From assembly GCA_034660375.1 (NCBI GenBank), contig JAYEIY010000300.1, positions 1 through 51,830 on the forward strand: a stretch of 51,830 nt of DNA. Direction: 5' to 3'. The notes below the pieces were generated by a model. It saw only the letters and a program-made list of their open reading frames with translations. It had not been told where the DNA came from and searched no databases. This document shows positions 1 to 7,063 of this stretch, piece by piece. Within the stretch, counting starts at the first letter, position 1. Each line of letters opens with the position of its first letter. This DNA comes from Verrucomicrobiota bacterium. Lineage in GTDB: Bacteria > Verrucomicrobiota > Lentisphaeria > UBA2565 > JAYEIY01. Position numbers and translations under genes: made by a program.

Positions 1-294
1 TCCATTAACTCGGATAATATATTGCATCTCATCTTCTTCCGTTCCTTCCGGGAACGAGAAAAACCCTGATAATTCAGCATTTACAGATAATCCTGAAGAT
101 CCTCTTTTAGGCTTAGTTTTTACTCTGAAATCTAATTTGAAGAATCTTTTTTCGTCAACACGCTGAGCAAGATCATAATCCATAGAAAGATTATATGTTG
201 TAGCTTTCTCAGACTCTTCATCCTTTCCCTGGATGTATTCGGCATTCAATTTTGTAGTAAAAAATTCTTCAAGATGCAAACTTGAGCTTTTCAT
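1..294 (-). CDS. SecB-like chaperone, N-terminal part (gene runs off the window start)
   Basis: Not in the ORF track because it is truncated. Manual minus-strand translation from the ATG at 294..292 gives MKSSSLHLEEFFTTKLNAEYIQGKDEESEKATTYNLSMDYDLAQRVDEKRFFKLDFRVKTKPKRGSSGLSVNAELSGFFSFPEGTEEDEMQYIIRVNG, open to position 1. The strand pattern (FKLDFRVK, then LSVNAELSGFFSF followed by an acidic turn) resembles the SecB core (E. coli VVLRVTV...FLCEVQQAGIFSI). It overlaps the antitoxin stop by 26 nt. Confidence 0.4.
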   Translation of the reverse strand, partial: MKSSSLHLEEFFTTKLNAEYIQGKDEESEKATTYNLSMDYDLAQRVDEKRFFKLDFRVKTKPKRGSSGLSVNAELSGFFSFPEGTEEDEMQYIIRVNG

Positions 295-799
295 TTTCTT
301 TTCCTCTTTTCGTTGATTCAATAAATTCTCCCGTACTTTTCTTGTATGTATTATCGCTTGGTATGGAAAAATGGTTTACTTTTTCATGAAAAATCTTATT
401 CAAACTTTTTTTACCTTTCTCTATAGGAAGATAAGCATCGGAAAGAAAAAGATGTTCTTCCTTTCCTATTATTCGAGCTTCAATTTTAAGATTTAGAGCA
501 CAAGCAATTTCTGCAAGAGATTTTATTGTAAAATTTGCTTTTTCATTTAAAACTCTACTTATATATTGTCTTGATTTATCAAGTCTTGCAGCAAGGTCGC
601 TTTTATTTATATTTTCTGTCTCCATCGCAACAAGAATATCTTCCACTATTTGTCCTTTTGCTACATCCGCCATAAATTCCGGATTATTATCTAGGTTAGG
701 TAAGTTTAATTCTTTAATTTCTTTTAAAGCTTCGGCAGTAGTTAAGCTGTTTGCCAACATTTCTTGAACTTCTTCTTCAACTGTTAATAGTTTTTCCAT
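269..799 (-). CDS. XRE-family HTH antitoxin (HigA-like) with a ~60-aa C-terminal tail
   Basis: 176-aa ORF. A Cro/C1-type HTH is present: NKSDLAARLDKSRQYISRVLNEKANFTIKSLAEIACALNLKIE. It lies 2 nt downstream of the toxin-like ORF on the same strand. Confidence 0.8.
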   Translation of the reverse strand: MEKLLTVEEEVQEMLANSLTTAEALKEIKELNLPNLDNNPEFMADVAKGQIVEDILVAMETENINKSDLAARLDKSRQYISRVLNEKANFTIKSLAEIACALNLKIEARIIGKEEHLFLSDAYLPIEKGKKSLNKIFHEKVNHFSIPSDNTYKKSTGEFIESTKRGKENEKLKFAS

Positions 800-801
800 T
801 T

Positions 802-1287
802 TTATTTATTCTTTTTATAGTGTTTTAAGTATTGTTGATACAGATTTGCCGCTTTATCAAATTCCCGATTTTGTTGTTTTTTGTTGGAAGATGTTTTCCA
901 ATATGTGTGAGTGCAAATAATAATTTCATTCTTTTCTGAGAAAAAGGCCAATAGACGTGAATGACCTCTCGTTGCTTTTATCTCAATAATTTTTTTTTGA
1001 TTTGACTTTTTCCCTTTTTGTATTTTCTGGGAGTTGTGAATGATATCTTTACTATTCAGCTGAAGCTTAATTGTTTTTAATAATTTTTTCAAATCACGAA
1101 TGTCTTTTGATGCCAAGTCGGCTAAACCTGTTAGTGCAATATTGACTCCATTTATCTCAAGCAATTTAAGCTTATGCTTAACTTGCCACTTTAAAGGAAT
1201 CATCTCTTCAGGAGGATCAATTAATTTTACTTTTGTTTTCAATATAGCACCTTTTTCTATAAAGCCAACAGCTTTGTCAACTTTCAA
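802..1287 (-). CDS. RelE/ParE-superfamily toxin (Gp49/HigB-like); true start may be the internal Met (MIPLKW)
   Basis: The C-terminal half, IIEIKATRGHSRLLAFFSEKNEIIICTHTYWKTS...QNREFDKAANLYQQY, matches the Gp49/HigB pattern (yElr..g..yRilyff..g.ivllhgf.Kkt.k.p..ei..A). The toxin-first gene order is typical of HigBA. Confidence 0.6.
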   Translation of the reverse strand: MKVDKAVGFIEKGAILKTKVKLIDPPEEMIPLKWQVKHKLKLLEINGVNIALTGLADLASKDIRDLKKLLKTIKLQLNSKDIIHNSQKIQKGKKSNQKKIIEIKATRGHSRLLAFFSEKNEIIICTHTYWKTSSNKKQQNREFDKAANLYQQYLKHYKKNK

Positions 1288-1384
1288 GTTTACTTTTTTG
1301 GTTTTTACAATTATTAACTCAATTAGAACTAAACTTAGAGGAGTAAAAAATACATTTACTGTTTTTTTTCGTATATATTCGTGG

Positions 1385-2045
1385 TTAAACTAAATTTTTA
1401 TACTCATTCAACTCTTGCACCAGCAGATGTACTTGTGTTGTCGGATTTGACTTTGAAGGCGTAGTTCCATTATGTCGTGCAAGTAGTTTTGTTGAATTTT
1501 TTATAGTCTTCTCCTGATTCTTTTCTAGTTTTCTATACATATCAGGATCATTCTTTTTATATTTTTCTCCTAAATACTTTGATAAAACATCTTTATATTC
1601 TGTTCGTGACATTCCGGTATTACGAAACTCAAAGTGTAGTAGATACCACAATTCAAATGCTTCATTGGAGCATGCACATCCAAAATTATTTGCATTGGCA
1701 CTGTGAACGGCATTGTCAAAATCAGATGGAGGAAAACTATCCCGGTCGAATACTACCCAGACTTTATCATACGGATTTGCTAATCTTTGGTTTTTTTTAT
1801 ATTTTTCTTTCGCAATGTTTACAATTCGCAACGTGTTATCCCCTGCACCAATAATATCTACATCAACAACACCTTTTGGGAGTTTTTTTTTTCAACGCTT
1901 CAAAATAGTATGGTTCGGTTTTTTTTCCTTCACAAACTATCAAATAACGAAAACGCTCTTTGCGTGTTCGAATATCACGCTTTAGTGTCCCTGAAGCAAA
2001 GTATTTATTCTGTGCCCTTTTAGAAAATTTTGTTCTACGTCCCAT
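1385..2045 (-). pseudogene. RloB-family (AbiLii-like, predicted Toprim-type) protein gene, frameshifted in an A10 tract
   Basis: Two ORFs are present (1863..2045 and 1385..1831). The N-terminal part RYLIVCEGKKTEPYYFEALKKK and the C-terminal part YDKVWVVFDRD...NEAFELWYLLHFE are RloB hallmarks. The T10 run at 1883..1892 (A10 on the coding strand) separates the frames. Removing one A gives a continuous ...EALKKKLPKGVVDVDIIGAGDNTLRIVNIAKEKY... with no stop. Confidence 0.75.
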
Positions 2046-3332
2046 TTATTTGCTCCATATAGATTGGAAGTCACCAGGAAACGGTATTGCACCATAACGT
2101 CCTTGAAAGTAGTCCTTTTCAAATGATGCATCATTTCTGACTTTACCACGACCTGCCAATTTGTATTCTACCAAAGAGTAGAGATCCGAAGCTTCACTGT
2201 AGTCTTTTTCAGTAAACCATATTTGATCACGACGGAATATTTTAGCGCCCAGAAGATTAGTGTCATGTGTGGCAATAATCAGCTGTGCATTATTCGGATT
2301 GGTCTCTTTTGAATTGAAGAGTCTGACTATTTCTGCTGTCAGAATCGGGTGCAATCTGGCATCAAGTTCATCTATAACGAGAATTTTACCTTTTTTCAAT
2401 GTATCAATAATTGGTCCTGATAAACGAAAATATTTTTTACTACCTTCCGACTCCTGAGATTCAAAGTCAAATAGAGCTTTGCCTGATATCTTTCCTTCAT
2501 GATCATACATATTATGCAATGTGGAAATATTGCTTAACTCTTCTTTCAGGAGTGATTGTTTTATTTCACTCGGCATAGAAGACGGTACAATATCATCCGT
2601 TACCTTTAATTGCTTAATGTTGATATCCTTAATTCCAAGATCCGCTTTTTTTACAAAGTCAGTTATCAATTTCTTTGCATCGTGATTGTTTAAAAACATA
2701 TCTTCAGAGAAACGCTGGAAGTGTTTATCCTGAAGTCCTGAAATAATGTTAAAGTTTGCAAACCATTCCAGAATATCTCCTGCAATTTCTACATTAAACT
2801 GAGCGCATACAGAAAGGAAGAGTGCGTTTTCACGGGTGCGTTTTTCAACCCCTCCTGCGTTCTTGAACTTATTAAAGACCTGTATATCTTCACATTCACG
2901 AAGGAACAGAGGCTTTTCTTTTATTTTTGTGCTGAAGAATAACCATTCTGATTTGACTTCTTTATTGTCAGCTTCAAATCCATAACGGTATTTTTTATTA
3001 TCTACAAGAAAGGTAATCTCAAATTTACTGGGGGATTTCAATGTAGATTCAGAAAGTTGAAATGGTTGAATTTTTAATGGTTCACCCTTTTGAGAATTCT
3101 TTGCTGAATTAATCAGCAGGTTTTTCATTTTTATCATAGCTTTGAGAAGATTTGACTTACCACTTGCATTTGCTCCGTAAATAACAGCACTCTTCAGAAG
3201 TTTATACCTGTCTGCTTTAAATACATTTTCATCCTGAAATTCTTTTACAGGAGTTGCCGCAAGTAGGCTTAGTGTTTTCTCTTCTTTGAAAGAAAGAAAG
3301 TTGCTGCAAGTAAAATTAATAAGCATAATCAA
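2046..3332 (-). CDS. ABC-type AAA ATPase (AAA_21/AAA_15 class; RloA/AbiLi-like)
   Basis: 428 aa. N-terminal INFTCSNFLSFKEE, Walker A GANASGKSNLLKAM, Walker B ILVIDELDARLHP, H-loop IIATHDTNLL, and a family-typical tail RRDQIWFTEKD. Its stop abuts the start codon of the RloB-like gene. Confidence 0.85.
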   Translation of the reverse strand: MIMLINFTCSNFLSFKEEKTLSLLAATPVKEFQDENVFKADRYKLLKSAVIYGANASGKSNLLKAMIKMKNLLINSAKNSQKGEPLKIQPFQLSESTLKSPSKFEITFLVDNKKYRYGFEADNKEVKSEWLFFSTKIKEKPLFLRECEDIQVFNKFKNAGGVEKRTRENALFLSVCAQFNVEIAGDILEWFANFNIISGLQDKHFQRFSEDMFLNNHDAKKLITDFVKKADLGIKDINIKQLKVTDDIVPSSMPSEIKQSLLKEELSNISTLHNMYDHEGKISGKALFDFESQESEGSKKYFRLSGPIIDTLKKGKILVIDELDARLHPILTAEIVRLFNSKETNPNNAQLIIATHDTNLLGAKIFRRDQIWFTEKDYSEASDLYSLVEYKLAGRGKVRNDASFEKDYFQGRYGAIPFPGDFQSIWSK

Positions 3333-3734
3333 AAACCCTTTTTTTATGTGAAAAATAAACTATTTTCATATAGCATGCACGCTTTTTAAGAGAAGTAAAA
3401 TTGTTTTTTTTTGAGAAAAAATCACAAAATTTTGGTTTTTCCGCAATGTTACTTCCTGTTTTAATCTTTTTAATTTTGAATTTATTTCTACTTTTTGATT
3501 AAACTGTTTAGTTTTTCCAGTTTATTTTGCAGCTGTTTTATTTCATGCGTTTGTTTTTTCACAATTTCTAAACGCGCTATAAATGCATCCATATCTTCTT
3601 CATCAACATTTTCCATTCAATGGAAAGAGGAAATTCTTAAATAATTTAAGGAAAAGACTGGCAAAGAATTAAAAAACAAATATATTATTTTTTCCGGTTG
3701 TAGTAAAAACTATAGAAAATTATTTTTTAGATCA

Positions 3735-4559
3735 ATGAATACAAAAAACAAAAAAAGAATAGGTTTGATTGCAGGACGCGGGATATATCCGATATTATTT
3801 GCGGAGTCCGCAAAAAAGGCTGGCATAGAACATCTTGCAGTTATTGCAATGCACGATGAAACCTCTGACGAGCTACTTGAATTGGCGGACAGTGTTGATT
3901 GGATCTATGTGGGGCAAATAGGAAAAGCAATAAAATATCTCAAAAAGCATGGTGTTAACGAGGCAGTTATGGCTGGACAGATAAAACCCTCTCGACTCTT
4001 TGGTGGAATTCGTCCTGATTTAAAGGCTCTGAAACTTCTCTGGAGTCTGGAAGAAAGAAATGCTGAAACAATCTTTTCAGGGATTGCTGATGAATTTGAA
4101 AAAGCGGGAATAGAAATCCTACCTTCGACAACATTTTTGGATGAATATCTGGCAGAGGAAGGAGTAATCGGCAAAAAAAAACCATCAAAAAAACAACAAC
4201 AAGACATTAGATATGGTTTCAAAATTGCCAAGGAAGTCAGTGCTCTGGATATTGGTCAGACTGTTGTTGTAAACAAAGGCACTGTGTTGGCTGTTGAGGG
4301 GTTTGAGGGAACAGATAAAACCATAGAGCGCGGAGGTAGTTTAGGAGATGGTAAATCTGTGGTTGTAAAGGTTGCCAAACCCAACCATGATATGAGGTTT
4401 GATGTTCCATGTATTGGGACAAGAACTGCAAAAAAAATAATTAATTCTGACATTTCTGTTTTGGCAGTAGAGGCAGGCAAAACTCTTTTTTTGGAAAAGG
4501 AAAAAGTAATAAATATGCTTAATGATCATAAAATTGTGGTTTTTGGTGTGGAAAAGTAA
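3735..4559 (+). CDS. lpxI: UDP-2,3-diacylglucosamine diphosphatase LpxI (DUF1009 family)
   Basis: 274 aa. IGLIAGRGIYPILFAE, MAGQIKPSRLF, LDIGQTVVVNKGTVLAVEGFEGTDKTIERGG and KPNHDMRFDVPCIG are LpxI-family signatures. Confidence 0.85.
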   Translation: MNTKNKKRIGLIAGRGIYPILFAESAKKAGIEHLAVIAMHDETSDELLELADSVDWIYVGQIGKAIKYLKKHGVNEAVMAGQIKPSRLFGGIRPDLKALKLLWSLEERNAETIFSGIADEFEKAGIEILPSTTFLDEYLAEEGVIGKKKPSKKQQQDIRYGFKIAKEVSALDIGQTVVVNKGTVLAVEGFEGTDKTIERGGSLGDGKSVVVKVAKPNHDMRFDVPCIGTRTAKKIINSDISVLAVEAGKTLFLEKEKVINMLNDHKIVVFGVEK

Positions 4560-4660
4560 TCAAAAGACGCAGGAGAGCAAAAAAAAACAGCTAAAAAATA
4601 AATTAATAAAAACAAAGGGAAAGAGACTTTCAGCCCCTATTAATAAGGAGCAAGTATATT

Positions 4661-5666
4661 ATGTTCATAAAAAAATTAAAAGCACAGAATTTTAAGTCAT
4701 TGAAAAACTTTGAAATTGACTGTAAAAAAATAAATGTTTTTATAGGGGAGCCGAATACGGGAAAGTCTAATATCGCAGAAATCTTAAGATTTTTATCTGC
4801 TTTATCGCCTACGCAGAATGGAAAGCTTTCTGATTACATTCGAATAGAACAAATATTGAATATTTTTTATGATGAATTAACGGATAATTCCATGAGTTTG
4901 TCGTTTACGACTGAATCTGACAATTTTGAATTAGAAGCTGGATATAATCCTAATAAATCAAGTATCATATTGGAAGCTAAATCAAGTTTTTTAGAAAATA
5001 AGTCTAAAAGAGAAGAATTTCTTGAGATTCGGCAGGATTACAGCATTCAGGGAGGCAAAAACTTAGATTTTTTAGATTTTATTAAGCCCTATATATTTAA
5101 AGAACCACAAATTTTAAATAACCCTGGACCGGAATATCTAAAACCTCCTTTTGGAACAAATATTTAATGTAATATATCAGAAAAAGAAATTTCGCAATTT
5201 AATGAAGTCCTATTTTGAAAGTTATGGGCTACGTTTTGTTATGAAACCACAAGAAAAGAAATTTGAGATCCAAAAAGAAGTGGATGGATTGATTTTTAGC
5301 TATCCCTACAGTCTTACAGCAGATACTTTCAGACGAATGATTTTTTATGATATACCAATAGATTCCAATAAAAATTCAACATTGATATTTGAGGAACCTG
5401 AAAGTAATGCATTTCCATATTATACCAAGCAATTTGGTGAAAAGATTGCCATTGATGAGAGTAATCAATTTTTTATTGTAACTCACAATCCTTATTTATT
5501 AAAAGCTATTATTGAAAAATCCGATAAAAATGAACTTGGAGTTTTTGTTACATATTTCGAAAGTTTTGAAACTTTTGTAAAGATGTTATCTAGTGAACAG
5601 ATCTCTGATTTTTTCGAGAAATGTGACCCGTTTTTAAGTCTTAATAAATTTATTCAGGAGATTTAA
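4661..5666 (+). pseudogene. Second ABC-type AAA ATPase (AAA_21-like), split into two overlapping ORFs by a +1 frame change near 5142..5167
   Basis: ORF 4661..5167 carries LKAQNFKSLKNF and Walker A GEPNTGKSNIAEIL. ORF 5151..5666 (TTG start in the track) carries SLTADTFRRM, Walker B TLIFEEPESNAFP and H-loop FIVTHNPYLL. Neither half is a complete ATPase alone. The second frame is open only from 5142, so the shift must lie in 5142..5167. Confidence 0.7.
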
Positions 5667-5667
5667 A

Positions 5668-6143
5668 ATGGTTCATGTAGAATGTTATGCAGATGAGGAC
5701 TTATTGGTTAATTTAGGTATAGATAAAAAGATAATACAGCATCAGGAAGGAAAAGGAAATGTTTTAAATCATTTGCGGGATTCAAAAGGTAATTCAATGG
5801 GAATGATTGACGAAGATCCAGAGAGCAATCAACCACGAGAGCTTCAAAATTATGAATTACTTCAAAGTTTATCTTCTGTCAGTTTTTTAAACACCGGGAC
5901 TATAAAAACAAATATTTACAGATGATAAAACCAGTCTTAGAAACCTGGTTAATAGAAAGGGCAGAGGCAAATAAGATTTCACTTAAAAAATATAATTTAC
6001 CAGTAAAACGTAAAGAAGTGCATAATGTGAAACGTTATGATTTGAATAACAATTATCAAAAATTTTTATCACAATTGATAGAGCAAGATAATGAGATAAA
6101 AGTAGTACAAGAATGGTTGAAAAAGAAGAATTTTATAAAATAA
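5668..6143 (+). pseudogene. Small partner protein with a Toprim-like E...DxD signature, present as two ORFs (5668..5925 and 5922..6143)
   Basis: The N-terminus MVHVECYADEDLLVNLG plus GMIDEDPE resembles the small Toprim-like partners of ABC ATPases (DUF4276/DUF4435/RloB style). I cannot assign a family. The ORFs overlap as ATGA. One extra T in the T6 run at 5883..5888 would fuse them (...SVSFFKHRDYKNKYLQMIKPVLETWL...). Two coupled genes is an alternative reading. Confidence 0.4.
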
Positions 6144-6166
6144 ACAATAAAAAAATTAAAATTAAC

Positions 6167-7063
6167 ATGCAAATAAAACCATTATTAGAAAAGAGTGAAG
6201 CAAAAAAGAATGCTGTTATTTTTGTGAGTGGGTCTGGCACAAATGCAGAAAAGATTCTTGAAAAATGGACTGCTGAAAAAAATACCGCAGCATTTAATAT
6301 AACTGCAATTATCACAGATCGTCCCAAGCAAAGTAGGGCAGGGCAGATTGCAGAAACATACAATATCCCCCTTGTGGAAAATGATATTAGAGAATTTTAT
6401 AATAAAAATGGATTGAAACGTATAACAATACGTACTGCAGAAGGACAAAAGGTCAGGGAAGCGTGGACTGATGCATTAAGAGAGCAGTTAAAAGACTATA
6501 CTATTGATTTTGGAATACTTGCTGGTTTTGTTCCGTTAACCAATATCACCGGAGACTTTCCATGCCTTAATGTACATCCCGGGGATTTAACATATCTAAA
6601 AGACGGAAAACGATATCTTGTAGGATTGCATACAATTCCAATAGAAAGGGCTATTTTGGAAGGTCTGGACGGACTGTCGTCAAGCGTTATTCTTGCTGAA
6701 CCGTATTCGGATAAGGGGGATGATATGGATTGTGGTATTATTTTAGGTATATCAGACAATGTTCCTGTTGAATTAGGTGTAAATTCGTTTGAAGAATTAC
6801 AGAAAACACATGATAATCGTCCATCAAAAAAACCTCGCGGAGGGTTTTCCGATATTCTTTCAGAAATAGCAGATAAAAATCTTGAAAATCTTAAGGTAAA
6901 TGGAGATTGGATTGTTTTTCCCCAAGTCATTTTTGATTTTGCGGCAGGGAAGTTCGGAGTTGATGATGAACGGAATCTTTACTATTTAATTAATTCTAAT
7001 TATCACCCCATAGAAAATGTTATATATGGAAAAAAAGAAAAGGAAATTCTTTTTAGAGATTAA
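6167..7063 (+). CDS. Formyltransferase-family protein (PurN-like N-terminal domain with extended C-terminus)
   Basis: AVIFVSGSGTNAEKIL, ILAGFVPL and NVHPGDL resemble the PurN motifs (SGsGsNl, LAGfMrIL, NiHPSLLP). The start is set at ATG 6167 (MQIKPLL) to avoid overlap with the upstream ORF. Confidence 0.65.
   Translation: MQIKPLLEKSEAKKNAVIFVSGSGTNAEKILEKWTAEKNTAAFNITAIITDRPKQSRAGQIAETYNIPLVENDIREFYNKNGLKRITIRTAEGQKVREAWTDALREQLKDYTIDFGILAGFVPLTNITGDFPCLNVHPGDLTYLKDGKRYLVGLHTIPIERAILEGLDGLSSSVILAEPYSDKGDDMDCGIILGISDNVPVELGVNSFEELQKTHDNRPSKKPRGGFSDILSEIADKNLENLKVNGDWIVFPQVIFDFAAGKFGVDDERNLYYLINSNYHPIENVIYGKKEKEILFRD

Noticed and set aside
1100-2023. Plus-strand ORFs 1100..1393, 1579..1854, 1713..1985 and 1787..2023.
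   Set aside because: They are antisense to the toxin and RloB-like genes, whose translations carry clear family motifs.
3488-3616. 42-aa minus-strand ORF (MENVDEEDMDAFIARLEIVKKQTHEIKQLQNKLEKLNSLIKK) upstream of the RloA-like ATPase.
   Set aside because: It is coiled-coil-like and plausibly real, but it is too short and has no recognisable RBS or family. I cannot support it as a gene without conservation or expression data.
6113-6166. Upstream extension of the formyltransferase ORF (MVEKEEFYKINNKKIKIN).
   Set aside because: It overlaps the preceding ORF's 3' end. The conserved domain begins right after Met at 6167.
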